Source of the DNA: Felis catus
Lineage: Eukaryota
DNA length: 64,000 nt
Direction of reading: 5' to 3'
NCBI RefSeq assembly: GCF_018350175.1
Contig: NC_058370.1
Coordinates: 3,720,001 to 3,784,000 of the forward strand
Shown one piece after another: positions 23,245-34,689 of this stretch. How positions within the stretch are numbered: the first letter of the stretch is position 1; each line of letters opens with the position of its first letter. Position numbers and translations under genes: made by a program. The notes under the pieces are model-generated. The model was given only the letters and a program-made list of their open reading frames with translations. It was not told the origin of the DNA and made no database searches.

Positions 23245-24949
23245 AGGTGACTGCTTCTTTAAGCTGTTCTCCACCCACGCCCCCTGCTTCCCTCCACTAT
23301 CTCCCTTCTGCTTCCCGCTCAATTCCTCCTGACACAGGGCTGCCCCCATGCCAATCCTTCTGGAGGCAACACTCTTCCCTGATGAACTCCTACGCGTACC
23401 TCACGGTCCCATCCTCCGTACCCACCTGTTATGGGTTTTTCACCATAGACTTCAGTATAATTTAGAATTAGCTCTTGATTTGCCTATCCGTGAACTGAAT
23501 GTCCTTCTCGGCTATGTGACCAGGAGAGCAGGGACCAAGTGTGTCCCATGTAACCGCCCCCTGCTCAGGCCCAAACATAGAGCTCAGGAGGGTTCAGTGA
23601 GGGCTCAGCAAGCATTTGAGAACCAACTGTCCCTACCCAGGGTCCTAGTGCAGGCGTAGCTGAAGTTTATAATCCTACACAATCAGACGTTTCTCAGGCT
23701 TTACCAAGTTGAGCTCTTTCTGAACTTGATGCTTTTTAGCCACACTTTCTGGCCCCACGCCGCCTCCTTCTGGCCCCTCAGGGGTGGATGTGACGCTGCC
23801 CCCGAGACCCTCCCCTGAGAGCAAAGGCCGCCCTGCCTGAGCACCTGCACTTTGCTGTCCCCCTGGCTCCTAGCTTCACCACAGGCCCTGTCCCGGCCCC
23901 GGCTCCCCTGGTGCCATCACAGAAGTGACAGCGGGGCCGAGACGGCTCAGCGACCCAGCAAGTCTGCACAATGCACACCTTCTGGGAATAGGCAAGAGCC
24001 GGTGACACCTGCCTGCTCAGAGCATGCCCAGAGTCTCTGGCTGCTGGGAGACAGCCCCCCGGGGGTCCCCCAGGCAGGGCCAGCCCCAGCTGATGGCCGC
24101 AGGGCTAACCCTGGCCCCAGTCACTGCTCTCCACCGCTGCGGGGCCCCTGGGAGCCGCTCTCACGTGGCAGTCAGCTCTGTCCACCCCCCGCCTCACTGC
24201 ACACCGGACTGACGGACTCACACTCAAGTGCTCCTTCCGGAGCACCGCTCTGGGCCCGAGACCCGGCCCTGCCCTCCCAGACCCAAGGTCTAGGGGAAAT
24301 GGGTGGCAACAGCAGAACGGACAACTAGACGTTGACCTGCACTGTCTTCTGCTCCTGCACCCCGGGCCCGGCCCCCCTCGCGGCTCCCAGTCGCCTACAA
24401 CGTCTGACCCCGGTCATGTCATGCCACGATCCCTTCCCCCCACCTCACCCTGCTTAACCCGCTCCAGGGGCTTCCACGGGCGTCAGAATAAAATCCCACT
24501 TTGTTCCTCAGCCCTGGCCTCTCCCTCACCAGCAGCTCCGGCCGCCGGGGGCTCTTCCCACCCCCGCAGCCCCACACTTGGCAGCTCCTGGAGGGGCCCA
24601 TCCCTCCCTCCTCCCTCCTCCCTCCTCCCTCCTCCGCAGGCCACCTCTTCTTGCCCCTGGGTTCCCAGTGCCAGCGTGTCCTCTGTCCTTGGCTCCGTGG
24701 GCCCTGCTCCTCTGGTGTGTTCTCCCTCAGACTCTCCCCACTGGGACGGGCCTTGCAGGCTCGGCCCCAGCAGGTTCCCGAGAGACATTCTGGAAGGAAT
24801 CAGGCAAGGAGCCGATGAGCGGAAGGGGCGCCGTGACGGAGAGTGAGGCTGGCGGCCCTGTGCCAAGGAGAGGACTGTCTCCGGACGCAATAAGATTCCT
24901 ACCAAAGTGACAACACCTGATGCGATAAACACTAAAGAAAAGGACTATC

Positions 24950-25690
24950 TCGTTGTATATTTTGCTTGTCGGTCCACCATAGCGCTGTGGGAATACTCGT
25001 GGACCAGTGCTCGCTTGAAGACCTATTTCTAGTGCTTTTGGGGTATACACCTAGGAGGGGGATTTCTGGTCTTCTGTTCCAGGTTTTGTTTTGTGTGTGT
25101 TTTTTTTTTTTTTATTCTGGAAGAGAGAGAAAGAAAGAGTGCCTGTGGGGCAGGGAGGGAGACAGAACGCCAAGCAGGCTGCATACTGTCAGTGCAGACC
25201 AATGCGGGGCTCGAACCCATGAACTGGGAGATCCTGACCTGAGCTGAAGTCAGATGCTTAACCGACTGAGCCACCCAGGCGCCCCTGTGCCCTGTTTCAC
25301 GGGCCAGCCCGTTTCCCACACGGCTGCGCCGTATCACACGCCCGAAAGAATGACGCACTGACACGAGCCACGACGTGGATGGGCCCCCAGGACGTGATGC
25401 TGAGAGAGAGAAGCAGGCACAAAGACGTGTCTGTCCACTTACACGAAAAGGCCAGAACGGACAAACGTGGATTAGTGGTCGCCATGACTGGGCCACGGGC
25501 GGGGGAGGGGTGGGAGGATGGGAGCGGCTGCTGACGGGCAGAGTTTCCGTTTCGGTGACAAGAAAGTTCTAGAATTAGGGGTTGCGCCACAATGTGAATG
25601 TACTTCAGGCCACACCAGCATACCCTTTAAGGAGTCAAAATGTTAAATTTCGGGATTTCAAGTGTTAAATTTAGGTAATTTTACCTCAGT
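24950..25690. mobile_element. Old L1 (L1M-type) 3' region with inverted 5' part, interrupted by a SINE
   Basis: 24950-25080 resembles the L1 3' UTR in reverse (gggtatacacctaggagggggattt). 25340-25690 resembles the next part of the L1 3' UTR in forward orientation (acgtggatg...gatgctgagag...agagtttccgtt...gttctagaatt...aatgtgaatgtactt). Confidence 0.7.
25100..25284 (-). mobile_element. Can-SINE
   Basis: Poly-T start; ends gcttaaccgactgagccacccaggcgcccc. Confidence 0.92.
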
Positions 25691-27809
25691 TTGAACAGAC
25701 ACTATGTCCTGACCCAGTGGAGCCCTCTGTCGTGTCATAAAGCCAGAGTCAGAGCCATAAAACCCACCAAAAAGAGCGGTGGCTTCCAGTAGAACAAAGA
25801 GCAGACAGCCCTCCATTCTTCCATGCACCTGCACCTCGAGCGGTGGCCTGACCCAGCGCTGACGAAACCGATGTCCCGGAGAACGAAGCGCGCGATTGTT
25901 CCGGCCGCGGCAGGTCAACACCAAGCCGAGCAGGCTCCCTGTGCGCTTAATGCCGCCGCGCCTCCCGGCCTGACCTCTGCCTGTCAACCCCGCCCTTCGC
26001 AGCATCAGGACTCTGGGGTCCAGAAGGAAGGAGGCCGGGGTGCCAAACGATAACCCACACGTGCGTCAGGACCGCGACTCACGCAGATGTGAAAGAGCCA
26101 TAAAAGCATAAAGTCTCACGCAAACCTGGCAATGACCCTAAATTAAAAACTGTGAAGGATCACGAATTTCAAAGCGCTCCGGCCGTGGGAATCCGAAACT
26201 CCACGTCCGCCGACCATCGCAGACCTTCTCCCGCGTCAGAGCACCCCAGAAACCGCAAATTCGGAACTAGGTGGCAGCCCCATTCATCCAAGCACGACCA
26301 GGAGGACGTGGGCAGGACCCTGGGTGTGTCCTGAGCCCAGGGCAGGCTCTCCCCGGGTCCCCACCGTCCCGAGGCCACGACCTCGGGCCCCCCCAGTGTC
26401 CCTGTGAAAGAGCGAGCAGTGCTGGGGGTCGACACGGCCTGGCTGGCCTGAGCCGGTGACTTGACACGAGTCAAGCGCCGTCCCCTCGCCTCCGTTAGAG
26501 ACAAATCTGAGGAGCTGCTCGCGCTCCAGGGTCCCCTGTGGGATCGGGGGCAGTGGCTCTCTGCACAGCCCTGCCCGAGACCACCCCGACTCGGCCTCTT
26601 CCTCTTCCCGACGTGACTTCCCCTTTCGGTCCCTCCTCGGACCACTTTCTTAGGAGTTACTTGCTCTCAGACCCACGTCCCAGGGTCGCCTTGCAATAAA
26701 GCCAAACGAAGACCCCCATCTGCTCTGTGCCACGTGCTAGGGTGACACTGACAAGCAAAACTGGGGTGACATGGTGCCTGCCCTCACTGGGCTCATAGCC
26801 TACCTGGGCTCACTGTCTACCCGGGCTCACGGACACAGGGACATCAAAGAATTGAATTCACAGCTGTACTGTGACAGCCCAAGTAAGTGCTTGGAGGGAG
26901 AAAGGCTCCTGAGGGCGATGATGGAGGTCTGGACAAACGCCCTAGAATACATCTGACTCGATGAGAATGAGTTGGGGTGAGCACGTCCAATTCAGAAAAA
27001 AACAATGTGCGAAGCCACCTGGAAAACGGCAGCTTGGAACATCCACATTCCCACCTTGCTCCAGAAAAAATCTTCACCGCCTGTTGATCTTACGTGCATT
27101 TCCGTCGGGAGCCAGGCGCCAGAGAGACAAACGTAGCCCCGCAGGGCTGAGCGACTGGCCTGGGATCACACAGCACCGGTGACGGCCCTGGACACAAACA
27201 CGGGGCTGCACATCTCACCGGGTGAGGGAGACTGCGGCACATCTCTGCTGCTCACCCGCCCCCGAGACCAGACCAGGGTAGCACAAAGTGCGCCCCGCGT
27301 CCAGCTGCTTTTACAAGCTCCAAACACACTGGGGACCCCAAAATGACCCCAATCCTTCCCGCTTAAATGCCTTTTTGAAAGTCATCATTCTCAAACTCCC
27401 TTTATAAACATCATACGTTGAAAGGTCCTTGGTCACAGTTCCCAGCCTAATGAGTGAATCCCCAAGTGGAAGTTTAAGTGCATTGTTGAAACGGAGTCCA
27501 TGGGGACTGTTCTGGTCTCAGAAATCATTCGGCCTCAGAAATCATTTCCTTCCTCATCCATTAAGTAAATGAAGTGAGGCCTGAGATCCCCAGTCCTTCC
27601 GGCGGGAGCGGGGGGTGGAAATGAACACGGGCAGGAGAGAATGCAAGGGCCCTGCCCCCGAAGGCGTCCTGACCCTCGGGAGCCTGTGGATGTGCCGCCT
27701 CTCATGTAGCCGAGAGCTGGTGGGTGCTATCGCCAGGTGCCTGGTTTGTAGATCGCCAGGCAACCTTTGAGGACGAGTGTGACGGCGGGGGTCAGAGATG
27801 CTCAAGGAC

Positions 27810-28225
27810 CCTCACGAGTGTGGGTGAGGATGTGAGGAAGTGTCACCCTCAACACACCACTGACGGGAACGTAAGGCGGGGCAGCCGCCGTGGGAGACGG
27901 TTGGGCAGGTTCCCGAGCGGTTACACAGCATCGCCATCTGACAATTTCGCTCCCAGGTGTTTACCCCGAAGAACTAAAAATATACGTCCACGCGAAAACC
28001 CGTACGTGAATATTTGCAGCAGCGTGGCTCACAGTAGCCAGAGAGTGGGAAGAAATAACCCAAACTTCCAACAACCGACGAACGGATAGAACGCGGTCTG
28101 TCCCTACAGGGGACTCTTACTCGGCCATATAAAGGAACGTCACACCTGCTGCACATGCCTGAGCCCCGGGAAAACATACTAAGTCACGGAAGCCCACACG
28201 GTACGGGATTCCATTTGTCTGCATT
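27810..28225 (+). mobile_element. Old L1 (L1MB-like) ORF2 end / 3' UTR fragment
   Basis: gtgtgggtgaggatgtgaggaa...ccatctgac...cccaggtgtttaccccgaagaactaaaaatatacgtccac...cacagtagccagagagtggaa matches the L1M 3' region pattern. Confidence 0.8.
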
Positions 28226-28369
28226 TTGGGGGTGGCGGCACACCCTGGGAGCGTGAAACCCCCATTCACCGTCCTCTGTAGCAAGAGCTAACCCCCTCCA
28301 CCCAACCTCCGCACTTGCTGTTCCACAAGCCACTGGTTGCACAGAAGCACAGTGATGGTCAGAGTTACA

Positions 28370-28860
28370 AATCAGGCCCGCCACCCCCTGCTTAAACTCC
28401 CTAGTGGCTCCCCGCTCAGTTTGGGATCACACCCAAACTCCTTGAGGACACTCTGGCTTCCCTCAGTACCGTTTCCACCCCATCTGATCCATTCCAGCCA
28501 CGCTGACCGTACTCTGCGTTCCCTGAGCATGCCCGGTGGGCTTCTGCCTCAGGGCCTTTGCACCAGCTATCCCCTCTGCCGGGAATGCATTCCCCCGACA
28601 TCGCCACAGGGCTGACTCCTCATCCCCAAATCTCAACTGTCCCCACGTGCCACCCCTCCCCACCCACCTTCTCCATGTGGCTTTCCAGTACCTTTCACAG
28701 CTCACTCGAAGACGTCACTTTGTTTCGCCTTCTTTGGCACGTGTCGCTCTCTGACGTGTCATGTATCTGTTTACGTTCACATTGGCACAGAAGCTTCTTG
28801 AAGGCAAGGACTCTGTGGACCCAGCATGATACAGCAAGGGCAGCAGGAACTCCATAAGTT
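28370..28860 (+). mobile_element. L2 fragment
   Basis: cccctgcttaaactccctagtggctcccc...ctgcctcagggcctttgcaccagctatcccctctgcc...aagcttcttgaaggcaaggactctgt resembles the L2 3' region. Confidence 0.7.
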
Positions 28861-30319
28861 TCTGTTGGATACCAGTAACCGCCCTGCTCAAGGTCAGATG
28901 CCCTCTGGATGGGAGGGAGCCCAGGAGGTCCACAGTATCCCCCCTCCGGGATCTGGCCTTGCCTGCTCTTGGCCTCCTCACCGATCACCCAACCAGACTG
29001 GCCACTTCTTGGTTCCTGAGCGCCTCTTTTCTTTTGCTTCAGGAACCCTGCAGGTGCCTTCCCAATAAAACCCTTTCGCCCTGCATCTTAGCCTGGCCAG
29101 CTCCTATCCTGGCTCGCAGCTTACACCTCGCTTCCTCCCCAAAGACCTTCCCAGGGTCAGGGCTGGGGGCCCTGCTCTGTGCGCCCCGGCCCCCCGTCGC
29201 CGCTCCCCTCCACCGTGTCTCACGGAGCATGGGAATCTCTGGCTTCGCTGGATTTCTGGCCACGGTGCCTCTGTCGGGCGTAGACACGGGTGGGTGCTGC
29301 TCACACGACCAGTCAGGACGGAGCCCCCCCCACCGACCCCCCGCACAAGCTCAGTCCCCCCAGGAAAGGCCGCCGCAGGCCCACCCTGAGCTCGGCTCCA
29401 CAGCCAGACGGACGGCCCGTGGCTGCGCTCTCGTCAGCTGCCGAAGCGAGGCCAAGTCCCTGGGCCTCTCCGGGCCTCCGTGTGCGCAGGGGGCATGACG
29501 CCAGCATGCCACCGGCCGCCGGGAGGGCTACGCGACCTCACGCGAGTGGGAGTGCAGCACGGTGACTGCACGCGGCCACCTGTCACACCCCCACCACGAG
29601 CGCCCCCGCCAGCTCGTCCTCGGTCTCTCTGGGCTCCCTGGGTGGCCTTCCTGCATCCCAGTCTCTGGCACACGGCAGGCACTCAATAAACTCCTGCCGA
29701 ACGCATAAAGACACCACAGAGGTCCTGGGCAAAGTCCCACAGTTTTCAAGGGAATCACAGGAAAGCAGCGCTGTGATTCAGTTTTTGATTTTCAGCCGTA
29801 TGTCCTTGGGGGCCTGAAGACACGGCCGCCGCCCTCAGGAAGCAAAGGGGATGGCAATGGAGAGACCTTGTGGAAGGGGCCGTGGCCTCTGCCTGTTTCA
29901 GGCTCCACCGGCCTGTCCACGTGAGCCTGTGGCCTCCTCGTGGGTGCTTATAACGTCTACTGATGTGCATGTGTGCACCGTACCGGCCTGCGGGAGCCCT
30001 GTTTGGGGTGGGGGCCGCTGGGGGCGGGGCTCACCCAATAAAGTGGGGAGTTTGGGCCTCCTGGGAGGAGCTGTTTGCTCTTGGACACAGTGCCCTCCAA
30101 CGGTAGTGTGGCGATGCCTCTTCCTCACTCCAGAAGCCACCCGGCACCAAACGGCCTTCCTCTGTGCCCGTCACACACCTATGATGAGCCAGAGCCGCAG
30201 GGACACCAACAAAATGAGCACAGGGCCTGCTTTCAAGGAGCTCACAACTATCTCATTCAACGACCTGGAAAGAGCCAGGGCTTCAGAGCCAGGACATTTG
30301 GGCTGGCTGTACCCTATGC

Positions 30320-30710
30320 TGGCCCCATGGTTGTGGTCCAGCCACAGACATCTCCAGTGGCCCCGTGGCCGGACCACAGACCTCTCCAGTGGCCCCGTGG
30401 TGGTGCTCAGGCCACAGACCTCTCCGAGTGGCCCCGTGGCCGTGATCGGGCCACAGACCTCTCCAGTGGCCCCATGGCTGTGCTCGGGCCACAGACCTCT
30501 TCAGTGGCCCCGTGGTGGTGCTCAGGCCACAGACCTCTCCGAGTGGCCCCGTGGCCGTGATTGGGCCACAGACCTCTCCAGTGGCCCTCAGTGGCTATGA
30601 TCGGGCCACAGACTTCTCCAGTGGCCCCATGGCTGTGCTCAGGCCACAGACCTCTTCAGTGGCCCCGTGGTGGTGCTCAGGCCACAGACCTTTCCAGTGG
30701 CCCTGTGGCC
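30320..30710. repeat. GC-rich minisatellite, ~10.3 copies of a ~38-bp unit
   Basis: Consensus tggccccgtggc(c/t)gtg(a/c)tc(a/g)ggccacagacctctccag, with unit lengths of 32-40 bp. Confidence 0.95.
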
Positions 30711-32624
30711 CTCACCACATTGGTCATGCCCATGACAGAACCAGGGGAGGAACCAGCCATGAAAACCCATGCTTCAGCAAGCCAAACGAATTCCCCAACA
30801 GTGTTCAAACCCCCCAGAACAGAGGCTCAGTTGGGGACCACAGTTTGATCTGACCATTGCTCTGGAAGAAGGAGAGCAAAAGGCCTACTCTTGCTGCAAA
30901 AGTGCCAAGTCCAGCTAAAACCCCCACAGAATCCGGCCAACTTGAAATCACCTCAGATAGAAAAGTCAAAGGCAGAAAATTCCCTTGAAGGATCAGCGAC
31001 AAGAGAAAGTGAATTTCACACTGAGGGCAGCCTGTGGGCCCCACAACCCAGTGGGGGCGGGGGGGCATGATTAATTTATTCATCTGCGTTACCGAGGGAT
31101 ACAAACTAATTTAGTAGGGAAAAAAAAAACAAAACCTCATGCAATACACTTTGACACATTCAGTTTTCATGAGATGCGATGGGTTCTTCTCTAGGGAAGG
31201 AAAGGACCTTACGATTAAATCCCTGTCTTTTGGGGAGGTCTAGGGCTTTCTGGTGACAACAGGCTACACGTAGGCCAACCACTGCTCACCACACATGACA
31301 GAAATATGCTGAAATCCGTAGACGTCCTTTTTAAAACCCAGAGCCACGCAAAGGGCTAATCGGCCTACTCCTCAAAGTTTAATTTAACTTGTATTGGATT
31401 GAACCATTCGAAACTGCCAATGTTCAGCTGTCACTGCCTTACAGAAATGGTAGGTTCACACAGAGCAGCCTAACGCAAGATGAAACCAGATCCCATTCTA
31501 GAACGAAATACACAGAGATAGGAATATGACCGCAATGGTTCGGGGAGCGTTCTCCTACGTCATCAATAGGGGCCAGACCGAAGTTTGTGGGATGAGCCTT
31601 CCTGCTGCAAATGATCGCCCTGCTCCTCTGCCCTCAGGCACATGCACACAGGGAGCCAGCCTGGCCCATGGCCCAGGCAGGTGGCCCCGCTGGCCCCGGG
31701 GCTGGGTCCTGCTGGAGCTCAGTCACAGGCACAGCCCCCACAGCTTCACTGCTCTGCGATGGGCCTAGAGGGAAAGGTCGGTCTGGGCAGCAACAACTGC
31801 CTTGACCTGAGGTCACCCAGAGCCACACGGCGAGCAGGAAAGCAAGCGGGTGGCCTTGGGCGGCACTCACGGAGGAGGAGGGAACTTACTGCCACAGATG
31901 TCCGGCTCCCAGGCCTTGGGGAAGCCGTTTCCAATCTTCCAAGGGAGAAAGTCTTGGGAAGAAAGGCAGGAAAGGGGGAATCTTTTTGCTCTTGGCCACC
32001 TAACGGCTAGGCTGCGTCAGCCAGCTGGCTGCTAAGAGCCTGTGAGAACATCACAAACCCAGAGTTCTTACCCCCTGGGACCTTTTCCCGAGCCTCACGG
32101 GACATCTGCAGACCTGGACGGGAGAGCCATTCCAGGACACGAGGACACAGCATGGAGGATGGGACTCGGTCCACCGCTGAATTAAAGGAACATGGATGAT
32201 GCATGCATCCATTCAGAGTTCCTTCAAAGACTCGGGCGCCCTGGATTTTTGCAGTTTTTCTGACACTTGAGACTTACGGAAAGTATGATTCTGGAAGAAC
32301 ACTTGAAAACACAGACAAAAAAAAAATTCTTTTTGTTACTTATGTCATTCTCTTCCTCAACGAACTGTAAGGAGCGACAGAGCCGTGTGTTGTCATTCAC
32401 ATCAACGCGGTTAAGAGCTTCCTGGGGTGAATCAGCAACACCGCGTGCAATGTGCCCGGTGGGGCAAGTGCCCTCACCTCCTTAGTGCCCCGGGCTCTAG
32501 GACACAAGCAGTGACACTGTCTCCCTTGCAGGGCCGTTGTAACAATGACATGAGAAAAAGCAATCTGCACAGCACCCCAAATGGGAATTAAAAGCTAACT
32601 GAGCGTGATAAATTCAGGGGCTTG

Positions 32625-32785
32625 CGACCATGTCAATATCCTGGTTGGATACTGACACGTAAACTAAACGCTCTAGTTCCGCACAGGTTGGGGCGGGGGG
32701 AGCACTGGGAAAGGCCACACAGATCGCTCTGAACTATGTCTTAGGCTGCACTCAGGTCTAAAACCATCACCACACAAGTTTCAGC
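32625..32785 (+). mobile_element. Old L1MC-like 3' end fragment
   Basis: catgtcaatatcctggtt...actgggaaaggccacacagatcgctctgaactat resembles the L1MC terminal consensus. Confidence 0.55.
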
Positions 32786-32786
32786 T

Positions 32787-32991
32787 TAAAAAAATTTTTT
32801 AGTGTTTATTTTTGAGAGAGAAAGAGAGGGACAGAGCGCACGCGGGGGAGGGGAAGACAGAGTGGGAGACACAGGCTCCAGGCTCCGAGCTGTCAGCACA
32901 GAGCGCTACGCGGGGCTCGAACCCGTGAACTGTGAGATCATGACCTGAGCTGAAGTTGGAGGCTTAACCGACTGAGCCCCCCAGGCGCCCC
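32787..32991 (-). mobile_element. Can-SINE with TSD
   Basis: Reverse SINE ending gagccccccaggcgcccc; cacaagtttca on both flanks. Confidence 0.93.
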
Positions 32992-33639
32992 CACAAGTTT
33001 CAATTTTACGAAGTTAGCAGGCTGTTTTCATTATTAAGATCATTAATCCTGCCCCAGAGGATACAGTGAATGAACACTCAAGGGTTCTTTCAATTTTTCA
33101 TGAAAACAAAAACTAACTGTCTCTAGGTACTGTTTGTGGCAGAAACAAGAGGAGCGTAAGAACAAAGTGACTTCCAAAATAATCTCACTGTGATGACTGT
33201 TCTGTCTTCCTCTTGGAGGGAAGTAAACGTCAATTACCTTTCCTTCACTCATTCCACCAACGCTGACGGCAACGTGTGCCGGGCTCAGGGACCCACCGGG
33301 ACCAAGCTGGGTTTGGTCTTAATCTGCATTTAGGGTTGGTTTTTGGTTATTTTTTTTCTTTTGTGTGTTTGTTTGCTTTGTTTTTTTACCTACTAATGTC
33401 CTTCCACAACCCTTTGGGAAGGAAGGGAAGAAGTGCACATTTAATGAGCACCTAGTGTGTGCCTGGCCGTGCATGGGGCACAAGGACTTCACTGCTAAGC
33501 AGAACGAGGACAGTCTGTGTCCCTGGAGAGCGCCACAATTTGGTGAGAACAGGTAACATTAAAAAACAATAATTGCGCGATTAAACTGCATGTTTGTAAA
33601 GTGCTAGGCAGGAAGAGAATGCGTCTCTGAGGCTGTGGC

Positions 33640-34150
33640 CTGAAGATTTAGCCTCAGTGGCCGTATTGCCGTGGCTTTTATTTTCCGTATTCTGATGCTC
33701 TGACATCCAGAGCCTTGCTGGCCCTGGAGGGACTGTCCTTCCCCACACTAGCCAAATCTTAGAGTCCGTGAACAGCTTGCCCACGAGCGTGGTTGGCAAA
33801 TACAAACCAACCAACCCTCAGTGCGCTTCCTCATGGGGTCTCATTCTCTGGACAACCGCCCGCTTGCCCTAATCGCCCCAAGGCCAGGTGCCAGACAACA
33901 AGGGGCGGCCCCCGTGCCCCAGAGCCCACTGGCATTATGCTACCTGCTCACTGGGACTGGGTTGCTTCTCCGGGACACACAATAAAGGCTCTTGTCCCCA
34001 CTTTCCCCTCGCTCCCTGGGCCTCCCGACCGACCCCAGGGCTTCCCTCCCGTGGCATGGTGTGGCTGTCCCCTTCTCTTGGGACCGGTAACAAACTATCT
34101 TTCCGATGGCAATCGTGGGCCTTATTACATTTCTCTAATTCTCTATGCGT
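33640..34150 (+). mobile_element. Solo LTR, probably ERVL (MER73/MER74-like)
   Basis: ttctgatgctctgacatcc..gccttgctggccctggagggactg..ctagccaa..aaaccaaccaa..gccctaatcgcccca.ggccaggtgccagacaac..acaataaaggctcttg..gtaacaaactatcttt resembles recalled MER74-type LTRs; internal AATAAA at ~33981. Confidence 0.7.
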
Positions 34151-34689
34151 TTACTACGTTTAAAACAGCAGCGAGCGAAGCCCTCGCTGGAGAAGTGACC
34201 TTTAAGAATGTGCAGGGCTCGCGGAGGAAGAGTGAAGGTCAGAGCAGATCGTCAAGGGCCCCCGAGGCATGTGGGGCGCAGTGCACCCGAGACCTGGAAA
34301 CACGGAGGAGCCCGGGAGGAAGGGAGCAGGGCGGAGCCGGAGAAGGGGTCAGGGCCAGCACGCGTGGAATGTGGGGTGCTGGGTGCAGGGACACGCACTC
34401 TCAACCTCACGTTGAAAACACTCCTTTGTCCTAAAGGCAAACTCCCAGGCACAGGGCCTCTGGTTTGGCTCCCACCGCGCCCTTAACACCCATCAGTGCC
34501 TGGTGCGCTCAGACGGTCACGGTGTTTTTGCTGAACGAACCCTTCTCACTAAGGGGAATCTGGACTCGTACCTCTGCCTCTACCTTTTTTGATTTTTCTT
34601 AGTTTGCAACCATCTGACAAGGATGTCGCCTTTTCTAAATAGTTAAGTATCTGTTGAAGCATCAGTTGGATTGACAGGGAATCCCTCCA

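Noticed and set aside
30320-30710. CRISPR-like appearance of ~38-bp periodic repeats
   Set aside because: Mammalian DNA; units are contiguous variants with no unique spacers and no cas genes, so this is a minisatellite.
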